Below, piece by piece: positions 15,588 to 24,306 of a DNA stretch of 46,547 nt (position 1 is its first letter; each line of letters starts with the position of its first letter). The stretch lies in NCBI GenBank assembly GCA_049322655.1, contig JBMORP010000006.1, forward strand, positions 79,863 through 126,409, in the 5' to 3' direction. Under the pieces are notes generated by a model. It did no database searches, was not told the DNA's origin, and saw only the letters and a list, made by a program, of their open reading frames with translations. Origin of the DNA: Patescibacteria group bacterium. Lineage in GTDB: Bacteria > Patescibacteriota > Microgenomatia > UBA1400 > PJMF01. Both the position numbers and the translations under genes were made by a program.

Positions 15588-17765
15588 ATGTTAGAGGTTA
15601 TTAAACAAAGTACTCAAGAAAGAGAAAAACATCCAGAAACTTTTTCTTTAAACGAAAAAAAATTACTTTCTTGTATTGAAGAGATCAGAAAGTTAATTTT
15701 TGATTTTAACTCAGGTGTTCCAGCTAAAGGAGACACAGAAACAAGAAATCGTAATTTAATGATTTTAGTCCCTTGGTATAAATACTTAACTGAAGTTTTC
15801 AAACACCCAGAAGTTACTGATGGAAAAATTACTGAACTAATTAGCTTAACAGCTAATATTCTGGAGTTAGTAGCAACAGATGATATCACCGGGATGAAAT
15901 CTGGAACTGGGTTTTTTTATCAGTCTAGTGAAAATAGATCAGCCTATGTTAGACAAATGTCGGTGGATATATCGATAGGTCATCTAGAAGTTAAAAGTTA
16001 CAATTTTTTAGCTGTTAGTGAAATAGAAAAAATTTTTTCAGCAGCTAAAGAAAATGAAATATTGGTTCAGTCTATTGATGAATTAAGAAACTTATTAAGT
16101 GGAAAAAAGAGGCTAGATAAAACTGATAAAGTTACATTAAGACTAAGAGAACCGTTTATTGGTTTTGAAGCGTATGAGACTTTTTTATCTGAACTATTTA
16201 ATTTAAGAGGTAAATTAAATTTTCCAGTTTCAATTTATGGTTGGGTTAAATTAAATAATGAGATTGGTTATTTAGTTGGTTTTAGTAGGACTGGTAGTCA
16301 CTTTACCGATCAAAAAATGCCAGCAGTAATTGATACTCATGGAGTATCACAACCACTGTCAATGGTACCAAAGTCAGAAATTTGGCGAGCTAAAGTGCAG
16401 TCTCCTCTTGCCAAAAAAAAGTTGGCTCAAAGCAAAAAAGATTTTGAAGATGACCATCAACACCTTTTAGATACTTGGTCTCAGCCTGTAAAGAAATTAG
16501 AATTTGTTGGAGTCTGTGATGCTTTGGTTGAACAAATAGCTAATTTTAGTTTAGATGAATCTTTAACAGCCTTTTTATTTATTTTGAAAAATATTGATTT
16601 AGAATCGTGGCAGAAATCGATAATTTATAAAAAAGTTATTAGATTTATTCGGTATGATGGTAAAACCGATTCAGACAAACAAATATATTTAGAAAAAATT
16701 TTAGGAAGACATTTAGATCATTATCAAGAATTTTTTTCTGATCCAAATAATATTGGAAATAGACCAGATGTTTTTTTAACTAGAAGTGGCTTAAGTGCTA
16801 ATGGTGTCGCCTTAATGATAGCTAATGATTTATTTGATCCTGAGGATAGAAAATTTGCTGAGATGTATGGTTGGTATTATGAAAATAAACCACCGTCTGG
16901 ATGGAAAGAAACACCTGTTGATGAAGCAAATATCTTGCTAGTAATTAGTGAGCCAAATCCTCCATTAGCTGATAGTGATCCAGCTAGATATTTCAAACAA
17001 AGAAATCAAGACGTTAAGAGGTTTTTAGCTAGGGCTAAAGAAGAAAAGGAGCAAAGATTTGTAATTATTTTAGATAAGACGACAGACTTGTTAGATCATA
17101 GCCTTTTACCTAAAAATGATATTCCTCCCAATCTGCTAGTTATTGAAACAGCTAGTTTAACCAAACACCAAAGAGGTGGAAAATCATATTTTTATGGAGC
17201 AATCTCAATTTGGAATAATCAATTTGATCACAAGACAGTTAATTCATATATTGAAGCTGCTACTGGTTCATTAACTCCAGATGGTATTTTTGCTTTGCCT
17301 CGTTTAACTAAAACTGAGGTAAGTAGGGACCTTGAAAATTATCGTGAATTAGAAAAAGTATTTATGGATGTTTTACAAGTAAAGCAAGCTGATATTCCAG
17401 AAAATTATCGTTGGCAGTGGCAAAGTTATAATTACTTTGGTTATTTATTACCTCCAAAACAAATTTTAGAGAGATATTTTATAGGTAAAGAAGATAGTCT
17501 TAGGGGTTATGTAGATGGTCTTTTTAACACAAATGCACTTTACCATTTCTTTTTAAGAGAAGACGCAGAAGGTTTTGATAAAGGAGATAGCTTTGGAATG
17601 AATAACACCAGATTTACTCATTTTTTTCTTAAAGAAAACGATAGAAATATTTTTTGTTTAAGAATGGGTTTTGGGAGAAAAACTACCGTAGAACAAATGA
17701 AAAATTTTGCAAATTCTTTTTGTGATGAAATAGTTAGCGCAATTAGACAGTTAGTTGTTGAATAA
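15588..17765 (+). CDS. 725-aa protein: unknown N-terminal region fused to a divergent fold-type I PLP domain (cystathionine gamma-synthase/lyase-like)
   Basis: Ordered motifs RSGLSA (S400), GWYYE, SEPNPPL, ILDKT (D496) and SLTK (K526) followed by GG...YGAI parallel the Cys/Met-metabolism PLP family. AT-rich. Confidence 0.6.
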   Translation: MLEVIKQSTQEREKHPETFSLNEKKLLSCIEEIRKLIFDFNSGVPAKGDTETRNRNLMILVPWYKYLTEVFKHPEVTDGKITELISLTANILELVATDDITGMKSGTGFFYQSSENRSAYVRQMSVDISIGHLEVKSYNFLAVSEIEKIFSAAKENEILVQSIDELRNLLSGKKRLDKTDKVTLRLREPFIGFEAYETFLSELFNLRGKLNFPVSIYGWVKLNNEIGYLVGFSRTGSHFTDQKMPAVIDTHGVSQPLSMVPKSEIWRAKVQSPLAKKKLAQSKKDFEDDHQHLLDTWSQPVKKLEFVGVCDALVEQIANFSLDESLTAFLFILKNIDLESWQKSIIYKKVIRFIRYDGKTDSDKQIYLEKILGRHLDHYQEFFSDPNNIGNRPDVFLTRSGLSANGVALMIANDLFDPEDRKFAEMYGWYYENKPPSGWKETPVDEANILLVISEPNPPLADSDPARYFKQRNQDVKRFLARAKEEKEQRFVIILDKTTDLLDHSLLPKNDIPPNLLVIETASLTKHQRGGKSYFYGAISIWNNQFDHKTVNSYIEAATGSLTPDGIFALPRLTKTEVSRDLENYRELEKVFMDVLQVKQADIPENYRWQWQSYNYFGYLLPPKQILERYFIGKEDSLRGYVDGLFNTNALYHFFLREDAEGFDKGDSFGMNNTRFTHFFLKENDRNIFCLRMGFGRKTTVEQMKNFANSFCDEIVSAIRQLVVE

Positions 17766-17771
17766 AAATAG

Positions 17772-17797
17772 AAAAGGGAGGGTGTTACCCTCCCTTT
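17772..17797. terminator. Bidirectional terminator between convergent genes
   Basis: AAAGGGAGGGT-GTT-ACCCTCCCTTT, a perfect 11-bp hairpin. Confidence 0.8.
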
Positions 17798-17818
17798 AAC
17801 CTACAAATTTACTTAAAA

Positions 17819-18610
17819 TTATTTGATTACCACATACAACTGAGCTAAATCGACAGTAGCAGTTACCATTTTGCCATCAATTTGTCCTTCATAAGTGGTC
17901 CACTCTTCCCCTTTCCAAGCAGCAATCTTTAGGTCGCCCTCTTCAGTGCTTCTAATGGTTAATTCAGCTTCTCCAGTTAAAGTATTATTAGTTTCCAAAG
18001 AGTAAATTTCTGAAACAACTGTTCCTGGAACATTTTTAGGGTAGCCAGGAGTATTAAAAATCACTAAATATCGGTGGTTGGCCAGAGTTTTACCATCGAT
18101 TTGGAACTTGGCATCTTTGGAGCTAAAGGCAGTTTCTTTAGCTTTATTATCAATGTATTTCCAATCAGACTTTAGAGCATATGGTTCATTACCGCCTACA
18201 AATCTAGTTAGTAATGAGCCACCTTTAACATCTTCATGATAAGTACAAGCGCCACCAGCAGAGCAACTTCCCAAGAGAATTTTGGTTGTAGTTGGCAAAG
18301 TAGTGAGGTTCAGTTCACCAAAAGCACCTTGTAATAGTGTTCCAGCTTGATACTCCAATTCATATTCAACATTAGTTGCTTCTTTGGCCAAAGAGTAGAC
18401 AGTAATTTCTAGATTTCTGCCGTCAGCCAAAGGCTTAATAGCCAAGTATGGTCGTTCTTCAACTGGAATGATATTGGTCGGTAGACTTAATTTCTTTTTT
18501 TGCGTAGAAGTTTCTTGTTCGGTGGTTTTGCCTTTTTGAAGCAAGAAGAAACCACCAGTAAGAACTACTAAAACTAGTAGACCAATGATTACTAACTTTT
18601 TATTTTTCAT
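17819..18610 (-). CDS. Membrane-anchored extracytoplasmic hypothetical protein
   Basis: MKNKK followed by a hydrophobic anchor, then a beta-rich soluble domain with CSAGGAC. SD-like AGGAAGG upstream. Confidence 0.75.
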   Translation of the reverse strand: MKNKKLVIIGLLVLVVLTGGFFLLQKGKTTEQETSTQKKKLSLPTNIIPVEERPYLAIKPLADGRNLEITVYSLAKEATNVEYELEYQAGTLLQGAFGELNLTTLPTTTKILLGSCSAGGACTYHEDVKGGSLLTRFVGGNEPYALKSDWKYIDNKAKETAFSSKDAKFQIDGKTLANHRYLVIFNTPGYPKNVPGTVVSEIYSLETNNTLTGEAELTIRSTEEGDLKIAAWKGEEWTTYEGQIDGKMVTATVDLAQLYVVIK

Positions 18611-18651
18611 AAACTACCTTCCTGAAAAAAGTTTTGCTGGTTAATCTTTGT

Positions 18652-20043
18652 TTACGATAGCATACTTGTTAAATGTTGCTCAACTGCCTCAACAGTGAGT
18701 CGTTCTTGGTGAGTATTGTCTCTGTTTCTTAAAGTGACAGTGCCATCTTCTAAAGTTTGGTAATCAACTGTTAAACAATAAGGAGTCCCGATTTCATCTT
18801 GAGCTAGATAGCGTTTACCGATATTACCTCTTTCGTCCCAAGTGACATTGGTTTTTTTCTTTAATTGATCGAATATTTCTTGAGCCTTACTCACAATGTC
18901 TTCTTTATTTTTAACTAGAGGAAAAACAGCAATTTTATAAGGAGCAAATTTGGCTGGTAATTTTAAGTAAGTTCGGTTGTTTTCTTGATCAACAGTATAA
19001 GCTTGGGCTAACATGGCCAAGAAGATTCGATTAATGCCAAAAGTTGGTTCGATGACATGGGGAATAAATTTACGTTGTGGATCATATGGATCGGTATAGC
19101 GTAAATCAACACCAGATTTTTCCATGTGATTTCTTAAATCATAATCAGTTCGATAAGCTAAGCCGAACATTTCTTTGAAGCCAAAAGGAAATTCATAATC
19201 AAGATCTTCAGTTCTGGTTGAATAATGAGATCTTTCTTCGTCAGTGTGCTGACGCCAACGCAGGTTAGTATTACTTAGGCCTAGAGATAAAGCGAACTCT
19301 TGCATGACTGTTTGCCATTTTTCAAAGAATTTTTCCCAGTTTTCTTTTTCTGGGTCAAAAAAGTATTCAAATTCTGCTAGGTTAAACTCTAAGGTGCGAA
19401 AAATGAAGTTACCCAAAGTGATTTCATTACGGAAAGCCTTGCCAGTTTGGGCGATACCAAATGGTAACTTTGGCCTCATGGTGTTTAGGACATTCTTAAA
19501 GTTCACAAACATCCCCTGGGCAATTTCTCCACGCAGATAAGCCAAAGATTGTGATTCTTCAACAATGCCGATATTGGTTTCAAAGAGTAAGTTAAATGAT
19601 CTCACTTCTGTCCAGGCTTGGTTACCACAAGTCGGGCATTTGATTTTTAAATCATGAATAAGTTGAGTTAATTCTGCTGGAGTTTTTCCCTCAACTTTTA
19701 GTTCTTCACCTTGTTTGGCGGTAAAGTCTTCAATTAGGTGGTCAGCTCTAGTTCTAGTTTTACAAGTTTTACAGTCAATCAAAGCATCAGTAAAACTAGC
19801 AGTGTGACCAGAAGCCTCCCAAACTTTTGGACTCATTAAGATTGAAGTGTCTAAACCATACATATCCTGACGTTTAGTGACAAAAAACTGCCACCAGTGG
19901 TTAAGGATATTACGGAGTAATTCCACGCCCAATGGCCCAAAATCGTAAGTATTGGCTAATCCTCCATAGATCTCTGAACCAGGAAAAATAAAGCCTCTAC
20001 GTTTGGCTAAAGCGATGACATCATTCATGGTGGTTTTTGACAT
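18652..20043 (-). CDS. glyS: Glycine-tRNA ligase, alpha2 (eukaryote-like) type
   Basis: KRRGFIFPGSEIYGG, YDFGPLG, WEASGH, LRGEIAQG, GIAQTGKAFRNEIT, HVIEPTFG, QDEIGTPYCLTVD. Confidence 0.96.
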   Translation of the reverse strand: MSKTTMNDVIALAKRRGFIFPGSEIYGGLANTYDFGPLGVELLRNILNHWWQFFVTKRQDMYGLDTSILMSPKVWEASGHTASFTDALIDCKTCKTRTRADHLIEDFTAKQGEELKVEGKTPAELTQLIHDLKIKCPTCGNQAWTEVRSFNLLFETNIGIVEESQSLAYLRGEIAQGMFVNFKNVLNTMRPKLPFGIAQTGKAFRNEITLGNFIFRTLEFNLAEFEYFFDPEKENWEKFFEKWQTVMQEFALSLGLSNTNLRWRQHTDEERSHYSTRTEDLDYEFPFGFKEMFGLAYRTDYDLRNHMEKSGVDLRYTDPYDPQRKFIPHVIEPTFGINRIFLAMLAQAYTVDQENNRTYLKLPAKFAPYKIAVFPLVKNKEDIVSKAQEIFDQLKKKTNVTWDERGNIGKRYLAQDEIGTPYCLTVDYQTLEDGTVTLRNRDNTHQERLTVEAVEQHLTSMLS

Positions 20044-20091
20044 AATTAACTCCTTAATTTATTTATATCTGTTTTCTGGGGAATTAGCTAC

Positions 20092-20121
20092 AAAAAACCC
20101 CAGCAATTATTGTTGCTAGGG
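20092..20121 (-). terminator. Intrinsic attenuator terminator of the glyS leader
   Basis: 9-bp stem with a CAAUAA loop followed by UUUUUU. Its first four nucleotides (CCCU) are shared with antiterminator helix A1. Confidence 0.85.
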
Positions 20122-20231
20122 ACCCTACCGGGCGGTTCCACCCTGATTCTTCGGAAAACTCCAAAGCTCTTTAAGTTTTTTAGTATTGTTTTCCTGAATG
20201 TCAGGCTCGCTGGCCAAGGGCGAGCAATACT
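20092..20231 (-). promoter_or_regulatory. Minimal Gly T-box riboswitch (transcriptional)
   Basis: Canonical T-box AAUCAGGG-UGGAACC-GCCC (20148-20130) pairs with GGGU-CCCU. Terminator CCCUAGCAA/UUGCUGGGG plus U6. GGC in a hairpin loop (20215-20213). Lies upstream of glyS. Confidence 0.88.
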
Positions 20232-20237
20232 AGGGTT

Positions 20238-20266
20238 ATTATATTTTTTTCTTGTTAAAGAAGCAA
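20238..20266 (-). promoter_or_regulatory. sigma70 promoter for the glyS leader, TSS about 20231
   Basis: TTGCTT (20266-20261), 17-nt spacer, TATAAT (20243-20238). Confidence 0.8.
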
Positions 20267-20274
20267 GCTCTAGG

Positions 20275-21036
20275 TTATTTTAGTGCTTCAAAGTATTTTA
20301 TTAAGCCCTCATTTTCAACTGTATCGATTATTAAATCAGCAGCTTGTTTTAAGTCGTTGACAGCATTACCCATAGCGACTTTAGTAGCAACTGAGTTAAA
20401 AAGATGTAAATCATTATGTCCATCGCCTATGCCAATGGTATGCTCTTTTTTAACACCCAGCCTTGAAAGTAACTCAGTAATAGCATGTTCTTTAGTTGCT
20501 TCAACATTAACGATATGCAGATCTCTACAACCAGGCTTTTGTGAAACAACCATGACACAGGTAATTCCATCAACTAAATCTAGTTCATTACGAAGTTGGT
20601 TTGCTAATAAATAAGGAACAAAACTTTGAGATAACCAATTTACTTTTATTGAGAGGTCAAAATCTTTTGGATAAATTCCACCATTAAAATAATCATCTTC
20701 TGTGTAGTCATTAAAAATTAATTTCTGTTCACCATTTTTAGAAAAAATAGTAATTACTTTTTCTAAAGCTTGTTGAGTAATATCTTTTTGCCAGACAATT
20801 TCGCCTGTCTTAGGATTACAAATTTGTGTGCCACCGGAAATAATACATAAATCTTCTAGGTTGAGAGTTTGAATAATATCTTTGGCAAAAGTCCAGCACC
20901 TACCTGTCGCTGCAGCAAGAAAGTATTGTGATTTTAAATCATTAACTACAGAAACAAGTTTTTTACTTGGAAGTTTCTGTTCTGGAGAATCAACTGCTGT
21001 TCCATCTAAATCAAAGATTATAGCTTTAGTTTTCAT
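20275..21036 (-). CDS. Cof-type HAD-IIB hydrolase
   Basis: FDLDGT motif I, AATGR, ATKEHA, GIGDGHNDLHLF, VAMGNA. Confidence 0.92.
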   Translation of the reverse strand: MKTKAIIFDLDGTAVDSPEQKLPSKKLVSVVNDLKSQYFLAAATGRCWTFAKDIIQTLNLEDLCIISGGTQICNPKTGEIVWQKDITQQALEKVITIFSKNGEQKLIFNDYTEDDYFNGGIYPKDFDLSIKVNWLSQSFVPYLLANQLRNELDLVDGITCVMVVSQKPGCRDLHIVNVEATKEHAITELLSRLGVKKEHTIGIGDGHNDLHLFNSVATKVAMGNAVNDLKQAADLIIDTVENEGLIKYFEALK

Positions 21037-21080
21037 ATCAGGATTATAACTTTTATTAGTAAGGTTTGGAAAATAAAAAA

Positions 21081-21626
21081 CTATTTAATTCTTAAGTACT
21101 CAAAACTCTTCATTTCTTTTTCAGTAAGTTCAGCTACATAGTCCAAGATTGATTGGTGGGCAACCTCATTAAAACTTTGATAACCCATTCGTTCGATTAA
21201 CTCACTTAAAAGTGGTTGAATTTGTTTGTGACCTTGGTTGTTAATAATGGTTGCTCTAATTTTAAGAGCCAGTTGATAGCTTTCAATGTCTTCATCTTCT
21301 TCGACAAACAACCGGTCAAAAATCTCCAGGATTTGTGATAAGCTTCTGATCTTACCTAGAGAGCCTCTGATATCTTGATTAATATTCTCAATCAAACTAG
21401 TTTGAGTAATAATTGGTAAGGCTTTGGTCTTGATGGCAAAAAGTTTGACTAGATTGCCTGGCTCTAGATGGGCTCTTTGGCTGGATTTGAGCGTTCTGAC
21501 TCCTTTGGCTACGCCAACTAATTTGCCAAAATCTTGAGTGATAAAAGTAATAATCCGATCTGTTTCACCAGTGTTGCTTCGTTTAAGCACTAGGCCCTGA
21601 GTAATGAAGGTTTTAGCTTTTGACAT
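21081..21626 (-). CDS. recO: DNA repair protein RecO (short, 181 aa, no C-terminal Cys zinc motif)
   Basis: GLVLKRSNTGETDRIITFIT, GKLVGVAKGVR N-terminal OB-fold pattern. Confidence 0.8.
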   Translation of the reverse strand: MSKAKTFITQGLVLKRSNTGETDRIITFITQDFGKLVGVAKGVRTLKSSQRAHLEPGNLVKLFAIKTKALPIITQTSLIENINQDIRGSLGKIRSLSQILEIFDRLFVEEDEDIESYQLALKIRATIINNQGHKQIQPLLSELIERMGYQSFNEVAHQSILDYVAELTEKEMKSFEYLRIK

Positions 21627-21632
21627 GATTGA

Positions 21633-23645
21633 TTAGAAAGGAATCTCGACCAAGGTATCTTTATTAACTATGACTTTCTCTTCTCCTCCATTAACATCAA
21701 ACAAAGTTTCAAAATTATCCACTCCCCCTTGTTTCCACAAAGTGACTCGATACATTTCCTGATCAGTATAAGGAATGGTATAAGTGAGTTTAAGCTTGGC
21801 TACGCCCAGTGGCTCCAAAGAGAAAAAACCATCAATCACAGTAAAGCCAGCCTCATCATAAAGGGTTGGTTCACTAGTAAAACCTTGAGCTGAGATTAGT
21901 TCTGCTCCAGATGGGAGATAAAGTCTAGTCCAGTCTTTGAGGGTGGAGTTGAGACATAGTAAGCCAGCTTCTAGATTACAGTTATCAGCTTTTCTAGTGT
22001 TACGATAGGTAATTTCTACGGTTTTTTCTAAGCGACCATCGGTTGGGATAGTAATCTCTTGTTTGACATCGTAGTTAATAAACAAGTTAGATTTAGCTCC
22101 AGCCAGATTAGCATTCACAATAGCTAAGAAATCAGTTTCAGTTGGTTGTAGTCTGCCGGCAGCATTGACTGTTTCAGCAGCTTGTTGGGCTTGTTCATCA
22201 ACAAAATAAAGTTGAATATGTTTGGCCTCTAGGTCTTGCCACATGTATTGAAAGAGTTCTGGCCATTTTTCTTTTGGTGCAGAGTAGGCTTTTTGGAGGG
22301 TGGCTTGCATTAGTGGGCCAAGGATTCCTTTTCTATCTTCACGAATGTAAGGAGTTGGTTTGGTAATAATTTCTGATAAAGCGTAAACCACTTGAGCACA
22401 ACCACCACAGCGATCATCTGGCTCGGCACTAAAGTTCCCATAACCAGGAAGTTGAACTGGTCCCAAAGCTGTTAATAAATCAGTTAAGACTTGGGTATCG
22501 ATCGCAATAATGCCGTCTATATCAGTTGGTTCTCCTCTCACGGTTTGGTAGTTAGCAAAGAACTCGTCCATTGAAGTTTTAAAATCTGGCGAGATGTTCA
22601 TGTCTCTTAGATTCCAGTATCTCTCGGTGGTCAAGTATTTTCCTAAAGATTCTGGAATAGCGATTTTTTTAGTGAATTTTTGATCTAACTCATAGATATC
22701 GTCAGATTTTTCTGGAGTAATTTTGCCATTTTCTACATAAATAACTGCATAAGCGGTTAAGAAACCGCCGGTTGGTCTAAGCTCATTATCGTTTTGGAAA
22801 AGAATTAAGTATTTTTTTCGTTCGCCTTTTCCACCGGCTAGTTCTGGCAGTTGTTCTAGCACAGGTCTAAATTCCAAAAAGCCAGTCACTGTGTTTTCTA
22901 ACATGGTTTGGCCTGCAATTAGGTTCTCCCTGATGAGAGTCGAGCCGATTTTTTCTGGATAACGCTTGGGGTTAATAGCCATAATTTCATCTTTAGCTAG
23001 TCTTAAATCTTCAGCAATAGCATCAAAAGACGGCATGACTTTGTCCAAAGTCTCAATCAGTAATTTAATTCTGTCTTCGGCTGTGCCACCACTAAAAGAA
23101 CCTTCTCCCTGGAAACCAAGAACATCAGCATAGGGAGTAAGTTCAGTTAGAGCTTTTTCAGCTGCCGCCAAACCAGCTTGTCCACCATTAAAAGCATGTT
23201 CTCCATCTTGATAGTATTTATTGAGGAAGGGAACATAGTTATAGAAACTAAGTTTGCGGTAAGTTTGGTGTAATTCATCCACTTGGCTTGTTAGTTTTTT
23301 CAATTCTTCTTGAGCTGCTGGCAAGTTTTGTGTTTTAAAAATGGTGTAAGTTTGAGCAGCAGTTTCCTTGGTAGACATAGCTTGAGTTTGTAGTTGTTTG
23401 CCAATCACTGCAGTATAAATCCCAGCAATAACTAGCAAGCTAATGATTAGGCCTAGGCCAATCTTGACTGCTAGCGGGAGTTGTTTTTTGGGCTTATTTT
23501 GGGTATCAGTTGGGTGAAGTTCCACGGTTGATTGAGTCGTTGATTTGGTTTCTTTTTTCTTGAAGATTGCAGCCAAAAGTTCATTGGTAGCTGCTGTTTT
23601 TTGAGCTTCTTTGGCAACTGGCTGATGAGGGCTATTTTCAGTCAT
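21633..23645 (-). CDS. DUF4012 domain membrane-anchored protein
   Basis: Single TM, coiled region, YLILFQNDNELRPTGGF and WNLRDMNISPDF signature motifs. Confidence 0.85.
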   Translation of the reverse strand: MTENSPHQPVAKEAQKTAATNELLAAIFKKKETKSTTQSTVELHPTDTQNKPKKQLPLAVKIGLGLIISLLVIAGIYTAVIGKQLQTQAMSTKETAAQTYTIFKTQNLPAAQEELKKLTSQVDELHQTYRKLSFYNYVPFLNKYYQDGEHAFNGGQAGLAAAEKALTELTPYADVLGFQGEGSFSGGTAEDRIKLLIETLDKVMPSFDAIAEDLRLAKDEIMAINPKRYPEKIGSTLIRENLIAGQTMLENTVTGFLEFRPVLEQLPELAGGKGERKKYLILFQNDNELRPTGGFLTAYAVIYVENGKITPEKSDDIYELDQKFTKKIAIPESLGKYLTTERYWNLRDMNISPDFKTSMDEFFANYQTVRGEPTDIDGIIAIDTQVLTDLLTALGPVQLPGYGNFSAEPDDRCGGCAQVVYALSEIITKPTPYIREDRKGILGPLMQATLQKAYSAPKEKWPELFQYMWQDLEAKHIQLYFVDEQAQQAAETVNAAGRLQPTETDFLAIVNANLAGAKSNLFINYDVKQEITIPTDGRLEKTVEITYRNTRKADNCNLEAGLLCLNSTLKDWTRLYLPSGAELISAQGFTSEPTLYDEAGFTVIDGFFSLEPLGVAKLKLTYTIPYTDQEMYRVTLWKQGGVDNFETLFDVNGGEEKVIVNKDTLVEIPF

Positions 23646-23677
23646 AGGTATTCAGTATAACAAAAAATCACAGAAAG

Positions 23678-24304
23678 TTACCACTTCGAGATCATGGCTT
23701 TGGGAGTTTTTAGAATAATCTTGATATCATTTAAAATATCTCTCTTTTTGGCATACTCTGCATCCATTTTAGCTCGTTGGTTAAAAGGAATCTCATTGCG
23801 ACCACTAGTTTGCCATGGTCCAGTAATGCCGGGTTTAACCGATAAAATATCTTTAATATATTTTTTGGTTGTTGGGTATTTCTTGGTTTGTTCTTCCAAC
23901 TCTTTTTTAACGTAGGCTCTGGGGCCAATCATACTCATTTCGCCTTTGATCACATTGAAGATTTGTGGGAATTCATCAATGGTTAATGATCTTAAAACTC
24001 TGCCCAACTTAGTGATTCTAGGATCTTCGTGAGCAGCAAACTTCCAATCACCATTTTTAAATTTTTCTAATAATTCTGGATTACGCTCGTGTAAAATCTT
24101 ATCGGCGTCTTTAACCATGGAGCGAAATTTTTTAATATAAAACTCTTTACCATCTTTTCCGATTCGTTTATGGTCGAAGAAAACTGGCCAGCCATCATCG
24201 AGTAAAATCAAGATGGGAACAATAATCCAAAAAGGTAAAAAAGCAATTAACAAGGCAAAAGCTACTACTAGATCTAGAATTCTTTTTTGTTGGTCGTAAT
24301 TCAT
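23678..24304 (-). CDS. Sugar transferase (PglC/WcaJ/CpsE-like initiating phosphoglycosyltransferase, minimal form)
   Basis: KRILDL, GWPVFFDHKRIGKDGKEF, KFRSM, DPRITKLG, DEFPQIFNVIKGEMSMIGPR, KPGITGPWQ. Confidence 0.93.
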   Translation of the reverse strand: MNYDQQKRILDLVVAFALLIAFLPFWIIVPILILLDDGWPVFFDHKRIGKDGKEFYIKKFRSMVKDADKILHERNPELLEKFKNGDWKFAAHEDPRITKLGRVLRSLTIDEFPQIFNVIKGEMSMIGPRAYVKKELEEQTKKYPTTKKYIKDILSVKPGITGPWQTSGRNEIPFNQRAKMDAEYAKKRDILNDIKIILKTPKAMISKW

Positions 24305-24306
24305 TT

